In this document: piece after piece, positions 10,597 through 24,554 of the stretch
Position numbering within the stretch: position 1 is the stretch's first letter
Layout: the number at the start of each line of letters is the position of its first letter
Origin: Blasia pusilla
Lineage: Eukaryota
Direction of reading: 5' to 3'
Assembly (NCBI GenBank): GCA_050084515.1
Contig: CM114271.1
Span: 11,160,001-11,224,000, forward strand
Length of the DNA stretch: 64,000 bases
Notes under the pieces: model-generated
Seen by the model: the letters and a program-made list of their open reading frames with translations, nothing else
What the model was told of the DNA's origin: nothing
The model's database searches: none
Translations under genes and position numbers: made by a program

Positions 10597-13500
10597 CCGA
10601 ATCTGACTCGTTGCAGATCGGAGTGGGTACTCGTTCTTGATGATCCACGATTGCGCCATCCTCCACTTCAGCGACCTCTTGACGCACTGGAGGTTGAAAA
10701 GCTCGTCCTCGCTCCCTCCAGTCAAAACTAAGAAAAGCCCTGTCCCACTCAGATAAGCGTCTGCAAAGGAAAACAAGAGCGCGATCTGGTCATAAGAGAG
10801 GGGAACATTCCAGTCAGGTACCCCGTCCGATGGATTCTCGTCCCACAATCACAACCCCGAGGGCAGACCAGCGATCAATAGATCCACCGCCACCTCTTTG
10901 ACCACTCCATTCACCGTCCAGGGAGCGTGCCCGTTTTGTTGAAGCTTCCGTCCTAGCGTTGTCAATTTATCAATGGCGGGTATCGACGCTTGAGAACTGA
11001 AACTTTTCAGCTCATCCAGTAAATTCGTGAGCTGACGGAGGACACTTGTCCGGGTCATTGTTTCTTTATGTCTTCCTAAGGATGATGGACTATATTCTCC
11101 TTGGGAAAACCCTGGCACCTCTCGCTTCCGCTTCTCCCGAGTCTACGGTCGGCTTGTCGGTGTCTATATGATCTCAGACTCTGGTGGGGTTTTTTTCGCG
11201 GAGGACCTGGTCCGACCCTCTCTCCCCGCTCGCCCGGACGATTCCGCCTCTGGCCTTGAATCTTCAACCTCTCTTTGGGAAGACTCGGCCTCGGAATTCT
11301 TCCCTCCCCTCGCCTTGCCTTTGAGACCCGTTGTGGATTTGTCTTTGGCTCTGCGGACCTTGGAAGCCAACTCCGCTGTCTCGAGGGCTTGCTCTTCTGC
11401 ATCTCCTTCGAAGAAGTCTTCAGGCTGCACAAAATTGGGCATGTCGTCCCATCCTGCGGCCACTGCATCATAAAGCACGCGTAAATCTTTCTCGATGATG
11501 TCTTCAGGGTCGTTGAAGTCCAGCCAAATTGGGCAATTCTCCATCTCCCAATCAGACATGTGCTGAGCCATCTCCATGTTGTACATGGAGAATGTCTCTC
11601 CATCAGGCAGCAAAGCCCACAATTTGCAGGCTGCCGGTATTTTTCCCCAGGTACCTGCATTCTTACAATGGACGAGGTACCTAAAGACCATCCGTTGGGC
11701 AGCTCTTAGTCGAACTGAATCGGCCGCCTGCTCCTGAAGATCTCGCTTCTTCTTTGCGAGATCCCTTTTGTTCCCCTCAATTTCTTCGTCAAGGTTTGCC
11801 TGAGGGAGGACCTAATCCTTGAACATCATCTTGAAACCTGGGTTTTTGATGGGCTTGTCCCAGATGTCATCGAGCCAAACCTCGAAATCTACAGCACTTT
11901 CCAGGTTTGCTTCATCCGGAATGGGCTCTATTCTTTTGAGCTCCGCTTGGAGACCGTCCAGCATGGACTTCCCAATAACCCGCAACGCGTCCCAGAACGA
12001 CCATTTGCGGAGCCAGTGGGAGATCACTAGATCAGACACACCCGGAGGATGGTGTGCCGCCCTCTTCTGGGCCTCTGTGCCCTCGAGACTGATTTTCATC
12101 AGTCAGATTCTCCTAAACTCGCTTATTCCATACAACGCAAACCGATGCACGCGATCTAGGGACACTTTCTCCCCAATCCAACCTTGCGGATCTTCATCCC
12201 TTTTCCGCTGGCGCTTGATAATCGCCTTCAGCTCCTTGTAAAACTCTGGACCAAGTTCAGGGTTGAGAATGCTGATGTAGCGCTGCATCTTGCTTGCCGT
12301 GTACTTCGTGGTTGCAGATACTGCAGCTTGGATGAATTCGGCGCAAGACTCAGACCAGATACTTTCTCCCTCCGCTCGGCTCAATGCGGCGCTCTTCTTC
12401 TTCGCGGCTGTATCTTCGACCAGCAAAGGATTGTGACGGCTGCATCTTGGGAAATAAATTTATTTGTCCAAGTCTTCTTTTTGATTTGTGCACCCTTTGC
12501 AAGCATCTGATTTACCAGGGCGTCGCCCAAGAACCCCTTGTACTCTGCCGGGTGCGTCGTAAGCACCTTCTTCACCCGATCGCAATCCTGGATCCAGTGG
12601 TGGGTGACATTCCCCTCCGATACAATCCTGCACATCCAAACTCAATAGAAGAAAATTTGTAAGGTACATGGGTTCCTGCAACACATCGAACTTCGACGGG
12701 TCATCATAGCTCAAGGTCGGATTCTAGCAACGAGCTAAATTATGCAACCCGTCGGAGTCCGACGGATTGCATTCAGATTTGTGAATGCCTGGTTTCAACC
12801 CGTCGGACTCCGACGGGTTGTCAGATAGTCCGTATCAAAAGTGAACATAGCAATGCGTCGGAGTCCGACAGGTTGCGCAATTGCAATGAAAGCTGCAATT
12901 TGACGCAAAAAAGGTAGCTTCCAACTGCCGAATGCAACCTGTCGGACTCCGACGAGTTGCTTTCAGCCAAAAACATTAAAAAAACCTCCAAAAATAGCTT
13001 CGAGTCAAGCAACCCGTCGGACTCCGACGAGTTGCTTTGGGCCAAAAACATACTAAACCTGTGGTCAGTCGAACAACTAGTCGAAGTCCGACGAGTTGCT
13101 TTCTTCAAAAAACATTCAAAAAAGGCAGCGAGACGAGCAACTCGTCGGACTCCGATGAGTTGCTTTCGGCCAAAAACATCCTAACCCATTCATCATTCGA
13201 GCAACTCGTCGGAGTCCGACGAGTTGCTTTTGGCCAAAAAAAATCCTATCCCATTCATCAATCGAGCAACTCGTCAGAGTCCCACGAGTTGCGTTTGGCC
13301 AAAAGCATCCCAACAACAGTGGTGACCCAAACAACTTGTCAGAGTCCGACGGTTTGCAGCAAGAAGAAACTTACGTGTTCATGGCATGCATGGCCATCTC
13401 CACCGTCGCCATGTGATGAGGGTATGGATGAAGGATCACTGCCTTCACGCAAAAATGTGCCTCCAAGGGGTTTGGACGCTCCTCTGCAAACTTTGTCCAC

Positions 13501-14574
13501 GCCATGAACCTGTGATTTTCATCCCAGATGAAGAAATGAAGATTCCTCATCCAGTTGAATTCTGTGCCCTCTACTTGCCTTCTGAAATCCTGGTCTCTCA
13601 TCCTCCAGATTGTGTCGAGCTTTTCCAAGTCCTCCTCCGTAACCAGGGCTTGGGTTCCATGCTCATCGTAAGGCTGAACATAGAACGGAGGGAAGCTGTC
13701 GACGTAGGATGCTGTCGCCGCCGATTGTTTGAGCTTCGCGATATCCTCGTCGGACTGAATTTTGCGGACGTATTCCATTGTCCGCAATTGGAAGAGTGGA
13801 ATTCTCGGGGCGTTGTGGCCCTCCATCAGTGCCATCTGCTTTACCACCTGTCAGAACCGGGACAAGATCAATAAGCTACACTGAATTGCCAATGAATTGC
13901 AAGATGGGCCTTCACATAATTCAAAAAACCCAGATCCTCTCTTACCCGCTCGAAGATTGGGTCGGTTTCTTGATCAGCCAACTTGTCGGAGACACCAGCT
14001 GGCAAGTCCACTGGGAACTCGTCGATTCGATAGAGGTCGATTTCTTCCATCGGGCTTGGAGACGAGGATGACTGCTCTCCTGCTTCTTCGACAATGTCCA
14101 CCATCTCCATGCTGGCGGTCCTCATGACCTCATCGTCCGTGATTTGAACTTTGGCCGTTTCCTCTATATTGATTGTGTCCCCGGACTTCATCGGGGACAT
14201 TTCCCGCATCTCAACACTTTTGGTTGGACGGGCAGGACTGTCGTCAATGGCTATTGCTTTTTCCCTCCTTGCTTTAGCCAATTATGCTCTCCTCACTGAC
14301 GCGTCCAGACGCTTCTTTCTTGCTTTTCGTCGGCGATCCTTTTCTTCACGGCCTGCGACATCTCAGCCTCTGCGTTCTGTTTATCGAGCGCCTCTTGTAC
14401 ACGTTTTGCAAGAAGCTCTTGGTTGTGCATCTCCTCTTCCCTTTCCTGCTCCTCGATTTCCTGTTGCCTTATCTCATTTGCCGAACGAGGCCCTGGAGAT
14501 GCTGACGTAGGAGTCCTAATGGACTTTGGAGTGAAGCTCCCAAACTTGTTTGCTTGAGCTTTTTTCCTCGTCAT
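10597..14574 (-). pseudogene. ParB-like plus amino-methyltransferase gene, copy A (exons 1-3; last exon absent)
   Basis: Colinear with copies B and C; FFIWDENHRFMAW and VDLLIAGLPSG motifs; GT-AG introns. Confidence 0.75.
12740..13360. repeat. Intronic array of the 27-bp palindrome GCAAC(C/T)CGTCGG-NNN-CCGACG(G/A)GTTGC
   Basis: About ten degenerate copies, e.g. 12744-12770. Confidence 0.92.
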
Positions 14575-14829
14575 TTTTCCCGGAAATGCCTCCACCTATG
14601 TCCTCGATGAATTGCTTGATCAGTCGCCTTGATAATGTCGAGATGAGTCGCCTTGATGGGTAGCTGGAATCGTCTCGCGATCGTTCGGTTGAACCGTCTT
14701 GCTCTCGTTCCCTCGTATCTTCTGGCGATGACTCGCCGTGTGAAATGCCCCTTGGTATCTGATCAGCTGCTGCACGGGAGAGCAATGGAGATCGCGAAAT
14801 GAGAAACCGGAAATGAGCGATTTCTACCC

Positions 14830-14837
14830 TATTTATA
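14830..14837 (-). promoter_or_regulatory. Putative TATA box of the ParB-MTase gene
   Basis: TATAAATA on the gene strand, conserved in all three copies (also 25410-25417 + and 63157-63164 -). Confidence 0.6.
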
Positions 14838-14924
14838 CTTTTCTAGCGGTTGGGCTAACCGTTGGGTCGCGTCGTCCTTTCGACGGCGATGTGCTGGCCA
14901 TTACGGAAGTCTGGACGTGAAAAA

Positions 14925-15545
14925 TGGCAACCCATCGGAGTCCGACAGGTTGCGTGCCTCCGCCGTCCTGGCAAGATAACGCGAGGTGCGCGAGCAACCC
15001 GTCGTAGACCGACAGGTTGAGCGCCTCCGCCTTCTTCGGACAAAAAAGGGACGTACCCGCACAACCCGTCGGAGACCGTTGGGTTGCACGCTTCCCTCGT
15101 CAAGAGTTAACAACGCGGGCTTCCCGTGCAACTCGTCGGAGGCCGACAGGTTGCACGCTTCCTTCATGTAAGTGAAACAAGGCGAGGCGCTTGCGCAACC
15201 GGTCAGAGGGCGACGGGTTGCACGCCTCGCCGTCTTTGGGCAAGAAGGTGCGGCACCCGCGGAACTCATCGGGAACAGACGGTTTGCATGCTTCCTTCAT
15301 ATAAGTGTTACACCGTGAGATAATTGGGCAACCCGTCTGATGCCGATGGGTTGCAAGCCTCCGACATCTTCGGGCAAGAAGGAGCGGTATCCGAGCAACT
15401 TGTCGAAGAGCGACGGGTTGCCTGCTTCGATCATGTTTGCGTTTGAAGGTAAGGCAGAAGCGTGCAACCCGTCCGAAGTCGACGGGTTGCAGGCTTTGCT
15501 TAGCTTGGGTTAATAGTTGAGTTACCACGACTCCGACGGGTTCCA
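14925..15545. repeat. Palindrome array in the divergent intergenic region, copy A
   Basis: Repeated GCAACCCGTC...GACGGGTTGC units at roughly 55-70 bp spacing. Confidence 0.9.
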
Positions 15546-15729
15546 ACAAAATGAAGTGTGCTTCGCAACCCACGTCTTTGCTTCCCAAATCCGGTAACAC
15601 ATTGCAACAGAATTGAATCGATTGCAACAGAATTGAATCCATTGTGTCAGACAATTTCACCTACCGAACTTCATCTTGTCAGTAAAATTCTGTCATGAGT
15701 ATCCGATTTCCTATTCATTATAAATTAAA

Positions 15730-15812
15730 AATTCACATTCTCATTCTCATTCTCATTCTCATTTTGATTCTGATTCTGATTCTGATTCTGATTCTGATTC
15801 TGATTCTCACTC
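15730..15812. repeat. Compound microsatellite (ATTCTC)n(ATTCTG)n
   Basis: Directly visible just upstream of the transposase start codon. Confidence 0.9.
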
Positions 15813-15836
15813 TCCTCCCGTACAAAATTTCTGGGA

Positions 15837-18800
15837 ATGGATAATTATGTGAAGCTCACTTGTGGCAGTCATCTGGCGGCCCTTCCTCAATCAGAAATCG
15901 TTCGACCGCAAGCTCTTGAGTCTTTCATAGTAGTGGATGAAATTTTTTTCTCTCTGTTCGATTTCTTCTCCAAATTGGAACCATCTTTGTATCCAAGGAT
16001 GTTAGGGTGGACGGTACGGAGGACATAATAGGTGAGACAGTCCAGCCAGTGACTGTAGACGGTAAAGTATGGAATCTCCTACCTCTAGCAAATGTCCAAT
16101 ACAGAGTTTACGGCCTGCCCCTGAATTCGACTCCAACTTCATACGCTCGTAACAATGTTGTTCTTCCTGAAGACATTCCGGATGTTATCAACCTCAGTGG
16201 ATTTGTCGAACACCAACCGGTCCCTCTGTCCGCCTACTCGTTCCTCTTGCGAGTATCAAGCAATAGTTTGCTTTCATCTCTGGCCTTGAAAATGTTCGAG
16301 CACATTCTTGTCGACGAGCTGCCGCCCACGTACGATGGTAATTGCATTTTTGAGTTGCCTCCACTTGCTGCTCCTGCTCAAAAGAAAGATGGAGGATGCC
16401 TGAAGGGTATGGACAGAAAGTCTGATTGTCATCGATGGTGCAGGCTTCAACGGACTAGTGCTTCAATTCCAGATGGTCCTTGGATTGTCTCCCGCCGCCA
16501 ATGCGTTGGAGCCTTGGAGTGTAGAAGTCCAGCATGCTCGTATCTAGAGCGCAACGGTCGAGTCAACACGTCGCAATTCCCCCCCAAGAATGCAGAAACT
16601 CCATACGAGGTCGGTGCCACCATACCACCGGGAGGCCATCGATGTCCTCATTGTCAGGCATCGCCCTTCTGCGTTGGACCGTGTCCTGCATACATATTTT
16701 TCATTGTCCACAACTTGGGCTCCATGTCAGAGTACACAAGGCTGGCAATTCATGTTGGCTCCCACACTCATCCTGTGATCAATGCAATTGAGAGACACAT
16801 CAAGGAGGATGTGGCAAAGAAAGTTGCCGAGGTCTACAAAAACTCTCCGGGTTCAAAGCCCCGAGTGATCAAGCTCACAACGGCATCACAAATTTGTGAA
16901 CAATTTCTTGGAATCCTTGGACAGGGCGAGATCACGGCAGCTGAGGAGAAACAACTCTGGGAAAATCTCGCTGATCCTGAATGCTTTCGGAATTTGCTAC
17001 GTCAAATACGAGTTCTGGATGGAAAGACGGCCAAAATGGATGCCATCGCTAGAATCAAGGCCAACTCCAGATTTCCATTCATTCAGAGATGGCAGTTGAT
17101 GGGCCAAGGAGGCGAGGGATCCAGGGCCTATGTCTTCAAAATATCAACCACAGGTCCGTCGAGTGGCCTTGATCTTATAGATCGAATGAGGGAAGGGGAA
17201 GATCTTTATGGCAGCTGGGTAAGCTTTGATATTTGCTATAGAGTGTTGAACGGATGGTTGATGATGGGTGCTCATGTTTATGACCATATGGAGAAGGGAC
17301 TCAAAACTATATTTGTCTGTGAAGTAAAGGCAGAAGACATTGGCAGTTTGAAGATGTGCTGGTTACTCTTATTGGAGGTGGTGAAGGAAAACAAAAGGCC
17401 ACCTCCGGAAATTTATGGGTTCATGGCGGACAATGCACAACCTGGGTGGATTGCTATCCGGGAAGTGTTCTGGGGTGGAGAGGTTCAGCCGGAGAGGGAA
17501 AGGTCGGATGCTTTCCATTGGCAACAGTCTGTGACCCGGTACACCAAATCTTGCATCAAGGAGAATAAGAGGACATCAAGGAGAATAAGAGGACAGAGCA
17601 TGTTACTCTACTCTAACGCTGCAAGGACAACAAAACCTTGAAGGAGGCCATGGAATGCCAGGAAGAACTTCATGGGTGGTGGAGGAAGCATGTGATTGAG
17701 GGGAAGTATAAAGAGTTGTGCTCTTGGTTGAGTTGGTGGATTGTACGTATGAGACAATGGGGAAACTTCATGCGGCAGGTGAGTTCACTATTTTGTCTTG
17801 TCAAGCTCACGCTGAGAATTGTTTGTAAAGTTGCAGCTCAAGTTGAGAAGCGTGGGAACTGTTGGGATTTCAAACCGAAGAAACCAAGCAAGCTGTCGGA
17901 TGCGACGGGTTGCATCTAGAATTTTGGTGCAACCCGTAGACAAGTATGCAAGTCGCATATATACATGGCCTGCAAATAGTTCAACCCGGATGGGTTTCGG
18001 ATGACTTGCACTTGGATCTTCTAGAGTGGCCATCGGTTCTTGCAACCCGTCTGAATCCGACGGGTTGCAGTAAGTGGGTTTAGGGTTGCAACACGTCGGG
18101 ACCCGACGGGTCGCAGAGTCGTTCATGGGATGCCTCGGCCTTGCAACCCGTATGAATCCGACGAGTTGCAGTAGGTGGGTTTAGGGTTGCAACACGTTGG
18201 GACCCGACGGGTCACAGAGTCGTTCATGGGATGCCTCGACCTTGCAACCCGTCTGGTTCCGACGGGTTGCAGTAGGTGGGATTAAGGTTGCAACACGTCG
18301 GGACCCGACGGATCGCAGAGTCGTTCATGGGATGCCTTGGCCTTGCAACCCGTCTGGTTCCAACAAGTAGCTTATTTCTTTGATTCCTGAGTTATTTTCG
18401 TTCCCTTCTAACATTGCCGTCGTTGCAGGGATTGAACATTCATGAAAATGCCCGCTGCCCCAACACAAATGGAGCAGAAAGTGTTCATTCCTCCTCGAGG
18501 TCCTCACAAGCATGCCAACAAATTTCACTTGTGGAGGCATGCCAACAAGACCAGGTGAGAGCAATGCTACAGTCTGCAGCATCCCATATCTTCCTCACAA
18601 AAGGCATAACAAAAGGAAGGGGGCCGTCCATCTACGAGCTCTATGTTAGGGCGGCTGTGAGATCTGGTGATGAAAAAATGTATGTGGAAGCCTTCAACAG
18701 GTGCGTAGCTTGAACTTCCCTCGAGCAAGACGTACATATTGGTGGGGATATTCGTGGGCGGGTTTCAAGACGTCCCATACAGATGGTGGTAGAGCAGTCC

Positions 18801-19931
18801 GAGCGAGACTCGTGGAGACCAGATAAGTATCTTGACTTCAGGCAGGTGAAGAGGCAGCATCGAGGAACGAATCCGGTGATTGATTTGGATGAGGAAATTA
18901 CGCCGCCTCGGTACTCGGGGACCCCGGACCCGTCCCAAATCCGTGATGGAGTTACTTCTCCAAAATCAGTGAATGTTTTATTTCAAAATCCCTCCGTTGG
19001 TGGAAGTTTGCAATATCCTGTCACTGGGGTGGTTCAACAATATGGGATTCCGGTAATGTAGGTGGATTGCAACCTAAAACGGTGGCATATATCTCGGAGC
19101 AACCCAGGACGTGGACCCACCTACAGGGCAGGATCTGATGGCATTAGGAGAGCATGCGGCACTTTCCTAAATAAGAACTGTACAAGGACTGGACGACCAC
19201 TGCCTGGGTTTTGGGGACTCAAAACCTTTGATCGTTTCACGAGGACCGGGGATCAATTGAAGTACTTCTTCTTCCCAAATGAATCTTGCGCTTTTCGAAA
19301 GTCTTATCCGGTTGCCATTGGAGCTCCGGGGAATACCCCCACGATTTGGCCCATCGCTGCAGGTACGAACTGCACTCAAGACGAAGTGGACAATCTTACA
19401 AGTGCCGGTTTCAGACTTGTAGACGGGGGAAGTTCAGAGCATGTTTGCATTACAGAGACCTTCGCATTTCGTATTCAACCCAAGATTGATGTCAACATGT
19501 ACCCGGAGAAGGTGGATGATCTCAATCCACTATTTCTGTTTGAGTGTAGAAATGGGGTGAAGAGAAACAGAATGTGTAGGCCAACGGTGGAGAGAGCAAA
19601 GCGAATTGCATGAGCTCGGGAGGCAAAAATGGAGATCATCGCCACGAAAGATGTCTTGAGTGGCAATGGAATAGGAAGGATGTATTGGGTCAGGAACAAC
19701 ATTGTAAATTCAAGTGTCACAGGGATGTATGTGGTGCACATCTGTTGCTTTCCCACATGTTCATGTGATGACTTTGTCCAAATAGAGACAAGTGGCAAAA
19801 GGTATTTCCCTTGTTAGCATATGTACTATGTGTTGCTCGTAGTTTTAAGAGAGTCGGAGGTAGGAGTAGGAATCCACCAACCAATTCTATCCCTCAAAGA
19901 AGTGCAAAGTATTTTAAACAAACCACTTTGA
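15837..19931 (+). pseudogene. MULE-type DDE transposase with N-terminal GCM/WRKY-like zinc domain and C-terminal SWIM finger, copy A
   Basis: CVGALEC...CPHC...C...HVGSHTHP; WVSFD; FMADNA; DAFHWQQS (CxxH-like); NTNGAESVH; CSCDDF...C*HMYY (SWIM). Intron 17779-18428 (GT-AG). Frameshifts, including a 20-bp duplication near 17554-17593. Confidence 0.8.
18041..18360. repeat. 101-bp tandem repeat, about 3 units, in the transposase intron, each unit carrying two palindromes
   Basis: Unit starts at 18041, 18142, 18243 and 18344 (partial). Confidence 0.9.
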
Positions 19932-20279
19932 GGATGCAAAATGAGGTTTTAGAGTGTACTTTTATTTTTCCTGAACCTTCACTTTGAGCTTGAACTCTAT
20001 TCAGCCCGGGGCAAATGATAGATTTTTTCCAGACCTTGGATGGAAAAAGTGACTGGTTCCACACTTATGATTCCACTGATTTTTCAGTTTTCTAAATTTT
20101 GTGCAATTTGCAACTCGTTGGACTCAGAGGGGTTGCCAAAATATGGAAGAGGAAAAAAAACCGTGGGACTGCTTAATAACTGAACAAAAAAGTGCAAAAA
20201 AATTCACACAAAAATTTTCCTCTCTTCAACCCAACGGAAACTCTCTTAAAAAAAAGTCTCTATTTCGGTTGAAGGTAGT

Positions 20280-20363
20280 TTCTCTCTCTCTCTCCTCTCT
20301 CCTCTCTCCTCTCTTCCTCTCTTCCTCTCTTCCTCTCTTCCTCTCCTCTTACCGCACCTCCCC
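20280..20363. repeat. Transposase-side terminus: (CCTCTCTT)n followed by ACCGCACCTCCCC
   Basis: Same CT-rich subterminal repeat as the other end (31850-31923 and 56704-56770). Confidence 0.7.
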
Positions 20364-23300
20364 AATACATCCTTCCTATTCCATTGCCACTCAAGACATC
20401 TTTCGTGGTGATGATCTCCATTTCTGCCTCCCGAGCTGATGCAATTTGCTTTGCTCTCTCCACCGTTGGCCTACATATTCTGTTTCTCTTCACCCCATTT
20501 CTAGACTCAAACAGAAATAGTGGATTGAGATCATCCACCTTCTCCGAGTACATGTTGACATCAATCTTGGGTTGAATACGAAACGCGATGGTCTCTGTAA
20601 TGCGAACATGCTCCGAACTTCCTCCGTTTATGAGTGTGAAACCGGCACTTGTAAGATTGTCCACTAAATCTTGAGTGCAGTTTGTACCTGCGGCGATGGG
20701 CCAAATTGTGGGGGTATTCCCCGGAGCTCCCATGGTAGCCGGATAAGACTTCCAGAAAGCGCAAGATTCATTTGGGCGGAAGAATTACTTCAATTGATCA
20801 CCGGTCCTCGTGAAACGATCAAAGGTTTTGAGTCCCCAAAACCTAGGCAGTGGTCGTCTAGTCCTTGTACAGTTCTTATTTAGGAAAGTGCCGCATGCCC
20901 TCCTAATGCCATCAGATCCTGCCCTGCAAGTGGGTCCACGTCCTGGGTTGCTCCGAGATATATGCCACCGTTTTAGGTTGCAATCCACCTGCATTACCGG
21001 AATCCCATATTGTTGAACCACCCTAGTGACAGGATATTGCAAACTTCCACCAACGGAGGGCTTTTGAAATAAAACATTCACTGATTTTGGAGAAGTAACT
21101 CCATCACGGATTTGGGACGGGTCCGGGGTCCCCGAGTACCGAGGCGGCGTAATTTCCTCATCCAAATCATTCACCGGATTCGTTCCTCGATGCTGCCTCT
21201 TCACCTGCCTGAAGTCAAGATACTTATCTGGTCTCCACGAGTCTCGCTTGGACTGCTCTACCACCATCTGTATGGGACGTCTTGAAAGGCGCCCACAAAT
21301 ATCCCCACCAATGTGTACGTCTTGCTCGAGGGGAGTTCCTGCTACGCACCGGTTGAAGGCTTCCACATAGAGTTTTTCATCACCAGATCTCACAGCCGCC
21401 CTGACATAGAGCTCGTAGATCGAAGGCCCCCTTCCTTTTGTTATGCCTTTTGTGAGGAAGATATGGGATGCTGAAGAGTGTAGCATTGCTCTTGCCTCGT
21501 CTCGTTGGCATGCCTCCACAAGTGAAATTCGTTGGCATGCTTGTGACAACCTCGAGGAGGAATGAACACTTTCTGCTTCACTTGTGTTGGGGCAGAGGGC
21601 ATTTTCATGAATGTTCAATCCCTGCAACGACGATAATGTTAGAAGAGAACGAAAATAGCTCAGAAGTCAAAGAAATAAGCTACCTGTCGGAACCAGACGG
21701 GTTGCAAGGCCGAGGCATCCCATGAATGACTCTGTGACCCGTCGGGTCCTGACGTGTTGCAACACCCAGGAAACACCTACTGCAACCCGTCCGATTATGA
21801 CGGGTTGCAAGAACCTTTGGCCACTCCGGGCTGGAAGATCCAAGTGCAAGTCATCCAAAACCCATCTGGGTCGAACTATTTGTAGGCCTTGTATACATGC
21901 GACATGCAGGCCTTATATACGGGTTGCACCAAAATTATGGATGCAACCCATCGGTTTCCGACTGGTTGTACACTCACGCAACCCGTCCGTTTTCGACGGG
22001 TTGCACACTCGGGCAACCCGTCCCATCCGAAAAATTGCTTGGTTTCTTCGATTTGAAATCCCTATAGTTCCCACGCTTCTCAACTTGAGCTGCAACTTTT
22101 CAAACAATTCTCTACGTGGGCTTGACTAGACGAAATAGTGAACTCACCTGCCGCATGAAGTTTCCCCACTTGTCTCATACGCACAGTCCACCAACTCAAC
22201 CAAGAGCACAACCCTTTGTACTTCCCCTCAATCGCATGCTTCCTCCACCACCCATGAAGTTCTTCTTGGCATTCCATGGCCTACTTCAATGTTTTGTTGT
22301 CCTTGCAAGGTTGGAGTAGAGTGACATGCTTTGTCCTCTTATTCTCCTTGATGCAAGATTTGGTGTATGGAGTCACAGACTGTTGCCAATGGAAAGCATC
22401 CGACCTTTCCCTCTCCGGTTGAACCTCTCCACCCCAGAACACTTCCCTGATAGCAATCCACCCAGGTTATGCATTGTCCGCCATGAACCTACAAATTTCT
22501 AGAGGTGGCCTTTTGTTTTCCTTCACCACCTCCAATAAGAGTTACCATCACATCTTCAAACTGCCAACGTCTTCTGCTTTTACTTCACAGACAAATATAG
22601 TTTTGAGTCCCTTCTCCATATGGTCATAAACATGAGCACCCATTGTCAACCATCCGTTCAGCACTCTGTAGCAAATATCAAAGCTTACCCAGATGCCGTA
22701 AAGATCCTCCCCTTCCCTCATTTGATCTATAAGATCGAGGCCTCTCGACGGACATGTGGTTGACATTTTGAAGACATAAGCCCTAGACATACGCCTCCCT
22801 GGCCCATGAACTACCATCTCTCAACGAATGGAAATCTGAAGTTGGCCTTGATTCTGGCAATGGCATCCATTTTGGCCGTCTTTCCATCCAGTACCCGTAT
22901 TTGACGCAACAAATTCTGGAAGCATTCAGGATCAGCGAGAAATGTGAGATTTTCCCATAATTGTTTCTCCTCAGCAGCCGGGATCTCGCCGTGTCTAGGG
23001 ATTCCAAGCAATTGTTCACAAATTTGTGATGTTGTTGTGAGCTTGATCACTCCGGGCTTTGAACCCGGAGAGTTTCTGTAGACCTCGGCAACTTTCTTCA
23101 CCACATCCTCCTTGATGTGTCTCTGAATTGCATCCGTCATAGGATGAGTGTGGGAGCCAACATGAACTGCTAGCCTTGTGTACTCTGACGTGGAGCCCAA
23201 GTCGTGGACAATGAAAAATATGTATGTAGGACACACTCCAACGTAGAAGGGGGATGCCTGACAATGAGGACATCGATGGCCTCTTGACGGTATGGTGGCA

Positions 23301-24160
23301 TCGACCTCGTATGGAGTTTCTGCATTCTTGGGAGGGAAATGCGACGTATTGACTTGCTCGTTGCGCTCTAGATACGGGCATGCTGGACTTCTACACTCCA
23401 AGGCTCCAACGCATTGGCGACGGGAGACAATCCAAGGACCATCTGGAATTGAAACACTAGTCCGTTGAAGCCTGCACCATCGATGACAATCAGACTTTTT
23501 GTCCATACCCTTCAAGTGTCCTCCGTCTTTCTTTTGAGCAGGAGCAGCAAGTGGAGGCAACTCAAAAATGCAATTACCATCGTACGTGGGCGGCAGCTTG
23601 TCAACAAGAATGTGCTTGAACATTTTCAAGGCGAGAGACGATAGCAAACTATTTCTTGATACTCGCAAGAGGAACGAGTAGGCGGATAGAGGGCCCGGTT
23701 GGTGTTCGACAAATCCACTGAGGTTGATAACATCCGGAATGTCTTCAGGCATTACAACATTGTTACGAGCGTGTGAAGTTGGAGTCAAAGCCGGATCTAC
23801 TGAGCTTGGAGTTGCAAACGTAGAGCTCGGTGCACTAGGAAATTCTCGACCGTCTACTTGGGAAACAGAAGAATTCAGGGGCAAGCCGTAAACTCTGTAT
23901 TGACCATTTGCTAGAGGTAGGAGATTCCATACTTTATAGTTTGCAATCACTGGCTGGACTGTCTCACCTATTATGTCCTCCGTACCGTCCACCCTAACAT
24001 CCTTGGATACAAAGATGGTTCCAATTTGGAGAAGAAATTGAACTGAGAGAAAATTTTCATCCACTGCTATGCAAGACTCACGAGCTTGCGGTCGAACGAT
24101 TTCTGATTGAGGAAGGGCCGCTAGATGACTGCCACAAGTGAGCTTCACATAATTATCCAT
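20364..24160 (-). pseudogene. MULE-type transposase copy B, SWIM finger lost
   Basis: ORFs 22811..24160, 22548..22817, 20785..21627 and 20260..20733 match copy A protein. Confidence 0.82.
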
Positions 24161-24554
24161 TCCGAGAAGATTCCATCGGGAGGAGACAAAGAATTGGTAT
24201 CAGAATGAGAATGTTTAATTTCTAGTGAATAGGGACTCAAATTCTCCTGACAGACTTTGACCGACAAGATGAAGTTTGGTAGTTGAAAATGTCTGACACA
24301 ATGGATTCAATTCTGTGGCAATGTGTCCAAGTCAGGTGAGTTGCAAAATTTTGGAATCAGAGATGTTGGTTGTGAAGCATGCACTTCTTTTTGTTGGAAC
24401 CCGTTGGAGTCCGTTGGGTTGGTACCCCCTTCTTGCCGACCAAAGGTTTTTTGAGTCAATTTTGCTAGCATCAAACACAAGATATCGCTTGCATATGCTA
24501 AGGCAACCAATCGTTGGGGACTTTTGCAGGATTTTCCAACTCAGGGTAGATCTT

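Larger units (their letters stand above)
10119..20363. mobile_element. Mutator/MULE-like DNA transposon copy A, left part lost or interrupted
   Basis: Transposase on +, ParB-MTase gene on -, palindrome arrays; right end is (CCTCTCTT)n-ACCGCACCTCCCC. Confidence 0.82.

Noticed and set aside
14855-15660. Arg/Cys-rich ORFs over palindrome arrays (also 24719-25385, 61197-61731, 63199-63927)
   Set aside because: Open on both strands and several frames because the GC-rich palindrome lacks stops; no domain signal.
20280-20350. Telomeric repeat
   Set aside because: Unit CCTCTCTT is not a telomere motif I recognise and recurs specifically at the transposon ends.
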